A program made the translations under genes and the position numbers. A model generated the notes under the pieces. The model saw nothing but the letters and a program-made list of their open reading frames with translations, was not told where the DNA came from and did no database searches. A stretch of 37,834 bases of DNA from a virus. Of this stretch, positions 22,582 to 32,119 are shown piece by piece. Numbering within the stretch: the first letter of the stretch is position 1; the number at the start of each line of letters is the position of its first letter. The stretch lies in IMG/VR virus record IMGVR_UViG_3300040801_005339; one strand, written 5' to 3'.

Positions 22582-24033
22582 TTAGTTAAATTCAATACTA
22601 ATAGCTATTCTGTCCAGCTGTTTAATCAGACTAATAGGCAAGAATAAATTTAATCTCTGGCTATCAGATTGATCTATTTCAACAACTAAACCAGATACAA
22701 AATTTTCATAATCTTGCACAAGTCCATCGGCTTCAAGCGATCTAAAAATTGAAACAACTTCAGCTTTGATTCGACTAGGTGTAACTACCCTGCTATTAGG
22801 TTTATATGGGCTTCCATCTTGAGCCAGTTTGTACCTTTCATATTTTTGCTTAAGCCTAGTTACAAATCTAAACCTAACCTTATCCAAAGTTAAGGGTATG
22901 TTTGCATAAAGCCATCTAGTATCGATATCACCAGTAGAATCTTTTTTATAAGTCGTAATAGCCTTTTCTATCTCAACTCTACTTGAGTTATACCTAAGGG
23001 TTGAAACGCCACTATAAAGCAGAGTATTTCTTTCTGAAAATTCATACTGGTTGACGGGCTTAGGGGCTAGAATTTTATTCAAAATTAGACCAGTAAATGG
23101 TATTCCAGGGTCAGTAACAGCGGAGTGAGCAATTTGAGAAACTAAGCTACCGATTAACTTAGGCTTCGCTGAAGGTATAGAATTACTTGCAAATAAACCT
23201 AGAAAAGCACTATTTACTGCGTTTCCAGCAGTCTGAACTTGAGCAAGTGAGCCAGAAACTATAGACACAGCATAGCTTTGAATAGCTTTTAAAGCCTTCT
23301 GTCTTTCATCTAGTTCGGGGATTAATTTATTCAGATTTCGAGTGTCGGACATACTAAATCCAATCAAGTTATATTGCTTTGCAGGAATATTAACTAAGTA
23401 ACTGTCTAAATCAACAGCACCTGCGCCACCAGTCATCTGAGTTAGAGTTATAGATAATCCAGTTACTGTCTGTTCAGTCGAATAATAATTCAAACTTAGT
23501 GCAATTTCATTACCTAGCGTACCTTTATGCTTAGCAGTTAAATTTAATTGCTCATTATCTGTACCATCAACAGCCGAAGATAGCTGCAAGTCTAAATTTG
23601 AGTTGATTAGGTTATTTATATCATTCGCGATTGATGCAGCTGTTGCATCTTTAGAAACACCAAGCTTGATTAACCTGTCATCAATATATAAATTAACCTC
23701 GCCAGATGCTGAAGCAGTACCCGAAAAATTAATATTGCCTGTAGCAGCAACTCCCGAGCTTAGATCATTAATATTTAAACCATAAGCTGGGATAAAACTA
23801 TTTTGATTGAACCAACCTTCAAACATTAAAGCAAGATCTGACCCTCTACCATAGAGCTCGATTGCCTTCTCGCGAGATTGAACTAGCTCAACGCTCCCAT
23901 CGGCAGCTGAGCCGCTTGAAAGATTTTGACCAATAAATAAAACCTCAAAAGGCTGCTCTTGAGTAGTGCTTGCAGCTCTATACTCGGCAGCGACATAAGG
24001 TACACGTATATTATCTGATATCTCTGTAAACAT
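22582..24033 (-). CDS. Contractile tail sheath protein (Mu gpL-like)
   Basis: 483 aa. Position and size. Followed by the tube and chaperone genes. Confidence 0.8.
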   Translation of the reverse strand: MFTEISDNIRVPYVAAEYRAASTTQEQPFEVLFIGQNLSSGSAADGSVELVQSREKAIELYGRGSDLALMFEGWFNQNSFIPAYGLNINDLSSGVAATGNINFSGTASASGEVNLYIDDRLIKLGVSKDATAASIANDINNLINSNLDLQLSSAVDGTDNEQLNLTAKHKGTLGNEIALSLNYYSTEQTVTGLSITLTQMTGGAGAVDLDSYLVNIPAKQYNLIGFSMSDTRNLNKLIPELDERQKALKAIQSYAVSIVSGSLAQVQTAGNAVNSAFLGLFASNSIPSAKPKLIGSLVSQIAHSAVTDPGIPFTGLILNKILAPKPVNQYEFSERNTLLYSGVSTLRYNSSRVEIEKAITTYKKDSTGDIDTRWLYANIPLTLDKVRFRFVTRLKQKYERYKLAQDGSPYKPNSRVVTPSRIKAEVVSIFRSLEADGLVQDYENFVSGLVVEIDQSDSQRLNLFLPISLIKQLDRIAISIEFN

Positions 24034-24035
24034 TC

Positions 24036-24218
24036 TTAATCATTCTCCTGATTATCGCTAACTATGACGATGTCACCATCCTTAAGTCTTCTTCGCCAGT
24101 AATTTGACCAACGCACTAACTCACCATCCTTATCTAAAGGTCTTGGCAAGTTACCGTTTTCATCGGGTATTAGGACTAATAAATTTTCAGCTGAAGGCTT
24201 AATGAACTTCGTTTGCAT
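24036..24218 (-). CDS. Small conserved protein preceding the sheath gene (DUF2635-like)
   Basis: C-terminal WSNYWRRRLKDGDIVI resembles the Mu-like small protein upstream of sheath genes. Confidence 0.5.
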   Translation of the reverse strand: MQTKFIKPSAENLLVLIPDENGNLPRPLDKDGELVRWSNYWRRRLKDGDIVIVSDNQEND

Positions 24219-24248
24219 ATTAACTATGCTACTTATAAAAAATACAAT

Positions 24249-24770
24249 CTAAACTTTGACTGTTTGTGATTTTTCAATAGTCGATTTATCGTTGTTTATA
24301 TCGAAATCAAAGTGTATAGTTCTAATCTCTGAGCCTAATTCAAGCGTGTAATCATCTGTATAAGTTAGACTTAAAGTTAATTCTGACAAAGCTAACATTT
24401 TGCTAGATTCAGAATCATACTGAGTCTTGATTGCAATATTATCTAGCTTAAACAAAGAGTCTTTATCCTTTTTGAAAAGACTGTTTCGGTTTTGTAAAAC
24501 TAGATATCTAGCAAAATAGCTTAACTCTGTAAGCTTTTCAAAAATCTTTGAACCATCATCATTTGTAGTGGATTCAAAGAAAACAATTTTCAAATCAATA
24601 CTTGAAACAATTTCTGCATCATCAATTGAATTAGATCTATCGTTATCAACATACAAATAAGCTCCTTTAGATTCAGAAGAGCTTATTTTTTTATTTACAT
24701 AGACCTTAGTTTTAAGTTCTTTGACTAGAAGATCTCTTAGTTTATTAATTAACTCAACGACTATGTGCAT
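24249..24770 (-). CDS. Hypothetical neck / tail completion protein
   Basis: 173 aa, assigned by position only. Confidence 0.4.
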   Translation of the reverse strand: MHIVVELINKLRDLLVKELKTKVYVNKKISSSESKGAYLYVDNDRSNSIDDAEIVSSIDLKIVFFESTTNDDGSKIFEKLTELSYFARYLVLQNRNSLFKKDKDSLFKLDNIAIKTQYDSESSKMLALSELTLSLTYTDDYTLELGSEIRTIHFDFDINNDKSTIEKSQTVKV

Positions 24771-25065
24771 CTTGCAGCCTCAGCTTAAGTGTTTTTCTCT
24801 CTTCTATATGAGTAATTAAATATGTTTTATTTTTATAAGTTAATTTATCTTGCTCACATATATCTTTTTTGTATTCAATTTCAGTTTCAAAGGTTAACTG
24901 CCTGGACGGTACTATTGACATACCATCTTCGTAAAGGTATTCTTTATCTTCAAAAAGTCCCACTATATCTATGTTTTGCTGTTTTTTTACAGAAAACACT
25001 ATAGCTGGCTCGGAGAACAAGCCAGCTATAGTATCAAACGCAGTATTTATCAAATCATCAAACAT
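24754..25065 (-). CDS. Head-tail joining protein, lambda FII-like
   Basis: MFDDLINTAFDTIAGLFSEPAIVF... resembles the lambda FII N-terminus (MADFDNLFDAAIARADETI...). 103 aa. Confidence 0.5.
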   Translation of the reverse strand: MFDDLINTAFDTIAGLFSEPAIVFSVKKQQNIDIVGLFEDKEYLYEDGMSIVPSRQLTFETEIEYKKDICEQDKLTYKNKTYLITHIEERKTLKLRLQDAHSR

Positions 25066-25457
25066 TAATCTAAAGTCAGATTTACCGAATTGGCTCTAAA
25101 GATAAAGCCCTGATTGGTTTCAAGTGCATATGCCTCATCTAAAGCACCTGAAGCAATCATATTACCACCAGTAGCGCCATCAAAAAAAGCAAAGTGAGTT
25201 ACATTAGTGTTATTAGCTACTACGCCAAAGTCAATATCTGAATCATTGCTAGCCTGACCGTTGGACACGGAAATATTAGTCGAAATATCAATCCTGCCAG
25301 TGGGTCTAACAGATAGAGTAACTTCAGTGCCCTGGTCGCCAGCATCTGTTGGGTCGCCATCAAAAAGTGCAACGAAAGCACCAGTTATAACTGGCGGCTG
25401 CCCCTTTCCTAGCAAATATTTCAGGACCTCATTTTCAGCGTAGTTAGACAATGACAT
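25065..25457 (-). CDS. Conserved phage structural protein, function unknown
   Basis: MSLSNYAENEVLKYLLG...VALFDGDPTDAGDQGTEVT...THFAFFDGATGGNM is a pattern seen in many prophage head modules. Confidence 0.45.
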   Translation of the reverse strand: MSLSNYAENEVLKYLLGKGQPPVITGAFVALFDGDPTDAGDQGTEVTLSVRPTGRIDISTNISVSNGQASNDSDIDFGVVANNTNVTHFAFFDGATGGNMIASGALDEAYALETNQGFIFRANSVNLTLD

Positions 25458-25801
25458 TAGAGAGTAGGCACCAATTTAACTTTTACGGTAGTGGAGCTAG
25501 AGCCCGCCTCTTCGGTGCTATGACCAACTGGCTTGTTGCCACTAGCAGTAGTGGTAATTTCTCTATTTGTACTATCCCAGTAGACTTTGGTCATGGTTGA
25601 AATATTGTCAGCTGATTTCTTGGTAAGCTCAAATACACCGACCGTAACGCCAGCTACTGATTCACCTTCAGCGGCTTCCGTGGCAGCCACGTAAAAAACA
25701 TCATTATCTAAATGTGGCTGACCGCTAGCTATTTTCCCTGTTCCAGCGATGTTAGGCGCGATGAAATCCAGTGTTTCACCTGGTTGAATTGAATTTTGCA
25801 T
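25457..25801 (-). CDS. Head decoration / cement protein candidate (DUF2190-like)
   Basis: 114 aa directly after the capsid gene. GVTVGVFELTK...KVYWD pattern. Confidence 0.55.
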   Translation of the reverse strand: MQNSIQPGETLDFIAPNIAGTGKIASGQPHLDNDVFYVAATEAAEGESVAGVTVGVFELTKKSADNISTMTKVYWDSTNREITTTASGNKPVGHSTEEAGSSSTTVKVKLVPTL

Positions 25802-25866
25802 TTTAATTTATATCCTTTTAAATTAATTATTATTTATATCTATTGAATAAAAAGTTTACTGTCACC

Positions 25867-27789
25867 CTAAGCTGTTGTACCAGTGGATTTAACTGCCGCA
25901 TTGTAATTAGCCGCTTTAACAGCAAAGTCATGACGAATCTTAAATCTAGTAGCATCAACATTACCTTCTGGCATCTCAATTACATCTGGAGTCTCTTGAC
26001 CATTCAAGAACCCATAGAAGAAACCTTCTATTTGCGCTGGATCAGCAATACCATAGTAAGCAGTTGTACTGCCTGATTGCTTGCCAACTCCTTGCTGCAA
26101 GCGAGCTTCACTGATAACCTCGTACGCACCTTGGTGTATATTAGCTTCAGTAGTTGTACCTGGCACAAATTCACTAACCATGAATTTCTTAGCTAAACGT
26201 TTCAGATTTCTAGGGACAATCAAATATGACATGTTGAGATTTAGTGGTTCTCCAGCCTTACCTTTGCTCTTTTGTAATCCAATTTTTTCATCAAGATCCG
26301 ATAGACCGTCATCGCCAAACGCTTTTGTAATTAAATTTTTATGACCCGCATGGAAAAAATCTACGCTATCCGACATTTTGGGATTGGCTAAAAACATTTC
26401 CCAGAATACATCCAGCATATTTCTGCGAATTGATTTACCGATTCCAGATATAGTCCTGTCATACAAGCCGATATCATCATTTATGATCATTTCACGAGTC
26501 ATACCTACGACAGCACCGTATTTACGAAGCCTCCAAGTTTCACCTGAGGCTTGAATATTTTGGTCTTTGTACTCGCCAGCTTCATTAACTAGGCTCATTT
26601 TAATTGAAGAGCTAATATCAATAATGTCTGATTGTTTATAGTCGGTTAAATCATTCCTGACGGCAAATTTAGTGAAATTTAACTCCTCGCTACCGTATTC
26701 GTTAAGTATAATTTTATTGGTAACACTGCTTAAAACCTTAGTAAAGTCACCAGTAGACATCACGCGTGTGATAATACTGTCTTTACTTTCACCTTCGGTA
26801 ACTATATTTGCCGAACTCGCAAAACGCTTGCAGATATCAAACAAGCTATCAGATCTAAATCTTTTACCGTTATCATCTAGCTTGGTTTTGGTACTAGAAC
26901 AGCGAGAAAGCAAAGCATTTTCAATACCTTCAATATCTGTATCTCTTTGATCTCTTACAATGTGACCAGCACTTGACTTAACTTTAGTTTTTTCTTGCCT
27001 TTCATGAAGGCCCTCTAGAATGTCACGCTGTACATCAGCAAGACTTAATCCATCTTCAAGATATCTAGTCTTAGTATCACTATCAACATTGTGCTTATCA
27101 CACAACTTGATAACATCAATCATCAAGTTTCGTGTTTGTTCACTTGCTGTTTTGCTAGACTCTTTTCTAGCTTCGTCAATAGATCTCTCATGATCTTTAT
27201 TAGTAGTATCAATATTTTGCTTTTCATTTGGCATCTCATCATTCCTTTTCTGATTTTCATTATCAGTTTTAATTTCTATAAATAAACTTTCATCATTTTG
27301 CTGGCTTCTAACTCCGCAGCTAATATCAGCAGCTATGCTTACAAAGCTAATTTCATAAGGTTCCCAATCGGTCGCTCTTATAGTTACAGTTCCATCACCC
27401 TCGACTACAGGATCAACGACAAAGTCGTGAACTCTATACCCGACTGAAATGGCAGGAGCAATCCCATCTTTAATATCTTGAAAAATTTCTTCGGCTTGTG
27501 CGTTTCTGCTTAGTTGAACAGTGGCTATATCGCGATTAACTGATAAAACTTTACCTATTCGCTCGTCTTTTAAGTGGTTCCACAACAATGAACCTGCTTG
27601 AGTTATTCTCTCAGTGCGCATAGTTTCGGGCGTAAGCACTTCAAAGTATTTATCACCCCAAAAATCTCTTCTTTCCACTTCTGCGTCGGAAACAAACTGT
27701 ATATCTACCGTTCTTTTTTCCTCGTCTAGAGATTGAGCCAGTACAGATAAATCTCTTGTTAAACCTGCGTTTTTAATCTTCATCTTCAT
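25867..27789 (-). CDS. Prohead protease (HK97 S78 family) - scaffold-like linker - major capsid protein fusion
   Basis: N-terminus has LLWNHLKDERIGKV, ISVGYRV and YEISFVSIAADIS (S78 blocks). A charged linker follows. The C-terminal 350 aa or so is capsid-like. No separate capsid gene is present. Confidence 0.7.
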   Translation of the reverse strand: MKMKIKNAGLTRDLSVLAQSLDEEKRTVDIQFVSDAEVERRDFWGDKYFEVLTPETMRTERITQAGSLLWNHLKDERIGKVLSVNRDIATVQLSRNAQAEEIFQDIKDGIAPAISVGYRVHDFVVDPVVEGDGTVTIRATDWEPYEISFVSIAADISCGVRSQQNDESLFIEIKTDNENQKRNDEMPNEKQNIDTTNKDHERSIDEARKESSKTASEQTRNLMIDVIKLCDKHNVDSDTKTRYLEDGLSLADVQRDILEGLHERQEKTKVKSSAGHIVRDQRDTDIEGIENALLSRCSSTKTKLDDNGKRFRSDSLFDICKRFASSANIVTEGESKDSIITRVMSTGDFTKVLSSVTNKIILNEYGSEELNFTKFAVRNDLTDYKQSDIIDISSSIKMSLVNEAGEYKDQNIQASGETWRLRKYGAVVGMTREMIINDDIGLYDRTISGIGKSIRRNMLDVFWEMFLANPKMSDSVDFFHAGHKNLITKAFGDDGLSDLDEKIGLQKSKGKAGEPLNLNMSYLIVPRNLKRLAKKFMVSEFVPGTTTEANIHQGAYEVISEARLQQGVGKQSGSTTAYYGIADPAQIEGFFYGFLNGQETPDVIEMPEGNVDATRFKIRHDFAVKAANYNAAVKSTGTTA

Positions 27790-29194
27790 CCTCTTCTTCG
27801 TCTGCCAGCTGTAAAATGCCGTTCAAAGTAATTCTCCGAGGGTCGGAATCAAACTTGATCCCTTTCTCGTCAATAAGCTTATTGTATTTTTCAACGAGCA
27901 TCAATAAACTTTCGGGATCCCTGCCTAGCTCTCTAACAGCTTCAGACCAGCTCATAAAACCACTTCTTACTTGCTTGATCATTGCCGTGGTCTCTTTGTT
28001 GGGATCCAAGAAAGCTCTACGCGGCTTAATCCAAGTTCCAGCAAGCTTATCTCTATCAGGATTTTTGCCAATTAATTCACAGCCAGATTTAAACATCTCA
28101 AATACGGCTGAGCAAAAAATATCAATCATCAAGTCTTGAATAGCATTATAGTTTTTATGCGCCTCATCAGCGCCGAGCTTCCCAGAGCTATAGTTAACTT
28201 TAGAGTAGTCACCAGTAAGAGACTCATAAGACACCCCCATACCAGCTGCAACGCTTCTTAACATCCATTCAATAACGCCATTAAAACCATCCACCTTCGG
28301 TGGGTCACTAAAAGTCATACTCTCGCCGTAATCTAGTTTTTTGATTACACCTGGTTCAATGCGTTGCTCACTAAAACCTTCAGGGCTTTTTGGAATTCCT
28401 GGGGCATTATCATCTGATCTAAAAAAACCAGCAAAGCAAGCTGAAATCTTTTGCTTAACCAGTTGAGCGTACATATAATCATCAAGATTTTTAGATATTG
28501 TGATAATCGTATGTCCAATGCTTAAACCGCGTGATTGTCCGCAATCTTCGTCATCGAAAACGTGAATAATTTCGCTTGCATCAACTTCAACCAAATTATC
28601 ACCATAAGCCAACTTAGTTAAGTCTTTTTTGAAAATATACCTCATAGGCTTGCCGTAATCGTCTTTTACGATGCCATCTTCATATTCAGAAGTCGAAGCG
28701 ATCATACGAGGATCTAAAAGTTGCAGTTGCCAAGGTATTTCATCCTTAGGAGCATTAAGGTTTACGATTTTTCTTATAAAGACTTCACCGTTTTTGCTTA
28801 AGTTATAAACAATTTTGCGCTGTAAACCGTTTAAGCTACGTCTTCCAGTAGTGTCTATCTTAGTACTGAGAGCCCAGTTGCTCCAAAGCTGTTTATAAAT
28901 AGCTTCGTTTTTTTCTTTTTCTGTGTTTATTTCAAGCGTAATTCCAGTTGAAATTACATTGTTAGTAATAGTCTTAAAGCCTTTTTTTATAAAAGGGTTA
29001 TTTTTAGTCAAGTCGGTTGAGCGATCAGCTATAGTATCACGCTCTCTAGTGCTAGCTTGGTTTCGATCCGCTCTCCAAAGTCCAAATTTACCTTTCCTAC
29101 TCGCTGCCTCGTAGTGCCTGACAGCCTCTTTATAATGCATGCGCTGCAAGGCTTTTTCGGGTGAAAAATATTTTAAAATGCTTGTTATGACCAT
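27773..29194 (-). CDS. Portal protein, lambda gpB family
   Basis: 473 aa. Position after gpW and TerL. Acidic C-terminal tail. Confidence 0.8.
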   Translation of the reverse strand: MVITSILKYFSPEKALQRMHYKEAVRHYEAASRKGKFGLWRADRNQASTRERDTIADRSTDLTKNNPFIKKGFKTITNNVISTGITLEINTEKEKNEAIYKQLWSNWALSTKIDTTGRRSLNGLQRKIVYNLSKNGEVFIRKIVNLNAPKDEIPWQLQLLDPRMIASTSEYEDGIVKDDYGKPMRYIFKKDLTKLAYGDNLVEVDASEIIHVFDDEDCGQSRGLSIGHTIITISKNLDDYMYAQLVKQKISACFAGFFRSDDNAPGIPKSPEGFSEQRIEPGVIKKLDYGESMTFSDPPKVDGFNGVIEWMLRSVAAGMGVSYESLTGDYSKVNYSSGKLGADEAHKNYNAIQDLMIDIFCSAVFEMFKSGCELIGKNPDRDKLAGTWIKPRRAFLDPNKETTAMIKQVRSGFMSWSEAVRELGRDPESLLMLVEKYNKLIDEKGIKFDSDPRRITLNGILQLADEEEDEDED

Positions 29195-29197
29195 GAT

Positions 29198-29404
29198 TTA
29201 AAGCCCCTTATCTGCTATAAAAGATATGTAAGAGCTATTGGGGTTATTTGAGCCCTCAATCTCTCTTTCTAAATCTGAAATAATCGCCCTCATCTCGTTG
29301 AGGCTTCGATAAGTAACTTCTTTTTCATCAAATTTTACTTTCAAAGAGCCACTGTAGTAAGCTCTTTTGAGTTTCTCTAACTGATCTACTAAATTTATAC
29401 TCAT
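29198..29404 (-). CDS. Head-tail joining protein gpW-like (68 aa from the internal ATG)
   Basis: MSINLVDQLEKLKRAYYSGSLKVKFDEKEVTYRSLNEMRAIISDLEREI resembles lambda W. ATG 29404 overlaps the TerL stop (TAATG). Confidence 0.6.
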   Translation of the reverse strand: MSINLVDQLEKLKRAYYSGSLKVKFDEKEVTYRSLNEMRAIISDLEREIEGSNNPNSSYISFIADKGL

Positions 29405-31326
29405 TACCAAATAGACTCCATTGAATGATCCCAAATACTGCTGTTTTGTGCAGGCTTAGTGTACTCTTCTTGTTTTACATTCTGCTTGACGTGCGAAGAT
29501 GGTAAACCCTTAGATTTCATAGAGTTCTGACGCTCAATTTCATCCCAATCTTCATCAGTGAGTCGATTAATGCCGTCCATGTAACTTACTGCAATTGCAT
29601 ACCCAGTAGTATCAAGCACCTCATTACGTTTGCCTTCTTCAACCTCCCACCTGTAAACCCTGCGTCCACCTATAACTTTATCGATCAAGTATTCAGATGT
29701 TAACTGTTCATAGAAGAAATCATCGTACTTAGGCAAATGTATATAACCATTTGGATAAGGGTCACCAGGCTGTAATGGTTCTTTTAAAGCTAAAGATTGA
29801 TAAATCTCTCTCTTTAAATAAGATACATAGACTTCAAGAAAGCTAGCACCATTACGCACTCTTCGTTGATTTTTGGGTCGATAATCAACGCTTTTCATCT
29901 GACCTATTGGCATCATTTGAACAGATTTGTTAGAGCCTTTGATTGCTATGATACTGTCATCATTCCAGGTCCGAATCAAGTGATAAATAAACTGAGTCTG
30001 GTCACCAGAGTCAATTGCTGTTTTACAAATATTTTGAAGATTACCCCAGTGATTGATCTTAGGGGTATCAAGGTATTTTTTTAAAAGCTCCCATACTTCA
30101 TATTTTGACGTATCACCTTTAAATACTTGATACTCAATAGAATACTTCTCTCTATTGCGCCCAAAGCCCATCAAATGGCACTCTAAGCGGTCTCTTTGAA
30201 CATCAACACCAGCATACAAAAGCAATGCTTCTTTGGGTATCGAGCCAATTTTATAGTCTTCAGATCTTCGTTTCAAATTTTCCCAATCTGGAGAATCACC
30301 CCTTTCTTCCCAAGTCTCGCCTAAATCACCATTGACAAAAGCTTGTAATTTGCCTACATCTTTTTGAGCAGCTAGCCATTTTTTCACCATATCAGACCAG
30401 CTGTAAAAGCCTTGTGGTGAATACAAAGCGTTAATATGAAAACCACTAATATCTGTCACTTCGGGCTTATGAGCAATCCACTCACCCTGCTCTAGCATCT
30501 GAGTTTTAAAATCTTCAGAGATAGCTTCACCGCAGTTAGAGCAACTATAAAAAACTTCGTCTGGATTTTCTTTATTCCATCTAAGATTATTAAACTCAAG
30601 CTTTTGTTTCTTGCCACAGTGAGGGCAAGGAACATAGAAATACTTCTGATCAGATTTTAAAAACTGTTTTTCAATTATGCTGGTGCTTTTTTTAGTTGGA
30701 GTACCAAACACATAGATTTTTTTGTTATCAAAAGTCTTAGTCCTATCTTCAGCAAGCTGGATTACATCACCTTCACCATCAACATTCTGAGGATATCTAT
30801 CAACTTCATCACCAAAAAAGACGCCAATTGGCATCGAGCAGACATTAGCAGCAGAATTTGCAGACAAATTAAACCAAATTCCACCAGGAAAAGTCTTCTG
30901 ATGAGCTGTGTTAGCGCCAGTTTTAGCATGTTTTTTAGAAATTTTATTGCTAACCCTCGGCGTAGAGTCTAAAAATGGTTCGACACGTTGCACATTAAAG
31001 CTTTTCACCAGATTGTCTGTTGGCAAAAGATACAAAATCGGACGAGGTGAAATATCTATGTAATAGCCAAGTGCATTTAATGCAATTTCCGAAAAGCCAA
31101 GCTGCGAGCCTTTTTGAACTACAATTTTTTTCACTGAGCTTGATGGGCTTAGTTCTTCCATAATTCGCTTAGCGTATGGAGTTCTTGAAGTCCTGTACCT
31201 GCCAGGTTCAGAAGATGATACCGAGCTTAAAAAACGGTATTTATCAGCCCACTGGTCGATACTGATACTCTTATCCTCTGGTTTAAACCCAACTATAAAG
31301 TTTCTAGTAACAAATCCTGATTTCAA
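29404..31326 (-). CDS. terL: Terminase large subunit, lambda GpA family
   Basis: EPGRYRTSRTPYAKRIMEELS, VQKGSQLGFSE (Walker A-like KxxQxGxS) and CPHCGKKQ...CSNCGE zinc motif, all typical of GpA. Confidence 0.9.
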   Translation of the reverse strand: MKSGFVTRNFIVGFKPEDKSISIDQWADKYRFLSSVSSSEPGRYRTSRTPYAKRIMEELSPSSSVKKIVVQKGSQLGFSEIALNALGYYIDISPRPILYLLPTDNLVKSFNVQRVEPFLDSTPRVSNKISKKHAKTGANTAHQKTFPGGIWFNLSANSAANVCSMPIGVFFGDEVDRYPQNVDGEGDVIQLAEDRTKTFDNKKIYVFGTPTKKSTSIIEKQFLKSDQKYFYVPCPHCGKKQKLEFNNLRWNKENPDEVFYSCSNCGEAISEDFKTQMLEQGEWIAHKPEVTDISGFHINALYSPQGFYSWSDMVKKWLAAQKDVGKLQAFVNGDLGETWEERGDSPDWENLKRRSEDYKIGSIPKEALLLYAGVDVQRDRLECHLMGFGRNREKYSIEYQVFKGDTSKYEVWELLKKYLDTPKINHWGNLQNICKTAIDSGDQTQFIYHLIRTWNDDSIIAIKGSNKSVQMMPIGQMKSVDYRPKNQRRVRNGASFLEVYVSYLKREIYQSLALKEPLQPGDPYPNGYIHLPKYDDFFYEQLTSEYLIDKVIGGRRVYRWEVEEGKRNEVLDTTGYAIAVSYMDGINRLTDEDWDEIERQNSMKSKGLPSSHVKQNVKQEEYTKPAQNSSIWDHSMESIW

Positions 31327-31899
31327 TTAGAACCCACCATCATAAAGACCCTGCAAAGCAAATTCGATCTCTTTCATTAGTTCGTTTTCAACATCTTTCA
31401 AATCCTGTCCTATTAGCTTAGGAGCGACTCTTTTAGGAATTTGGTAGAAAGCTTGCTTTACTTTCAAATTGCAATCTAAGACCGTTTGCTGAAGATCTTC
31501 TATGGGGATTAATTTTCGAAGCCTTTCATCGTGATCTATCTTTGCAAGCTTAGCTCTATAAGCCGAGGTGGCTACTTGAATGCCCTTGACACCATGTCTT
31601 GTTACGAGTTCATCGAAGTCACCAGAATCTAAAATATTGAAAACGCTTTCAGAAGCCGAATCTGGCTTTACATCAATATTGTTGTGAAGTATAGCTAAAG
31701 CTTCATCGTTGAAATTACAGTTCCATCCTTTGGAAAACCACTCAACCACTGCTCGGTCTCTGTAAATCGTCTTCGGTCTAACTTGATCGTTAACCGCACT
31801 AATACCGCCTTTAGAGATCCTCGATCTCACCGTAATCAAGTTCACGCCGATCATATCGGAGTATTCTTGCTGAGATATTTCTATTTCGCCTTTGTCCAT
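31327..31899 (-). CDS. terS: Terminase small subunit, Nu1-like (N-terminal HTH)
   Basis: ISQQEYSDMIGVNLITVRSRISKGGI...IYRDRAVVEWF resembles the Nu1 wHTH. Stop abuts the TerL start. Confidence 0.6.
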   Translation of the reverse strand: MDKGEIEISQQEYSDMIGVNLITVRSRISKGGISAVNDQVRPKTIYRDRAVVEWFSKGWNCNFNDEALAILHNNIDVKPDSASESVFNILDSGDFDELVTRHGVKGIQVATSAYRAKLAKIDHDERLRKLIPIEDLQQTVLDCNLKVKQAFYQIPKRVAPKLIGQDLKDVENELMKEIEFALQGLYDGGF

Positions 31900-32119
31900 A
31901 CTTTAAATTTAGACTTAAAATTTAGCCGTAAAACTTTTAGGGAATGTTTAGTTTACACGAAATCAGGACACAGTTACGAGAGTCTGCGGCTGAGCGAACC
32001 CCCCAAGCTGTAAATCGCAGAAAGAACCTAATACACCCCCACCACTGAGTTTAACTAATCCGAAAAAACAGCCAACAGACTGCTTTCTCGGTTCCTTATC
32101 GGGGGTATGAAAATTATTA
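31900..32119. other. Candidate cos / terminase recognition region
   Basis: A locally GC-rich island in an AT-rich genome, directly upstream of the Nu1-like gene. Repeated GAACC and C5-6/G5 elements (31995..32007, 32022..32040, 32089..32105). Confidence 0.3.

Noticed and set aside
31783-32013. 76-aa plus-strand ORF across the terS start and the GC-rich island
   Set aside because: It overlaps the terS N-terminal coding region antisense and has no RBS. The region is better explained as a cos/regulatory sequence.
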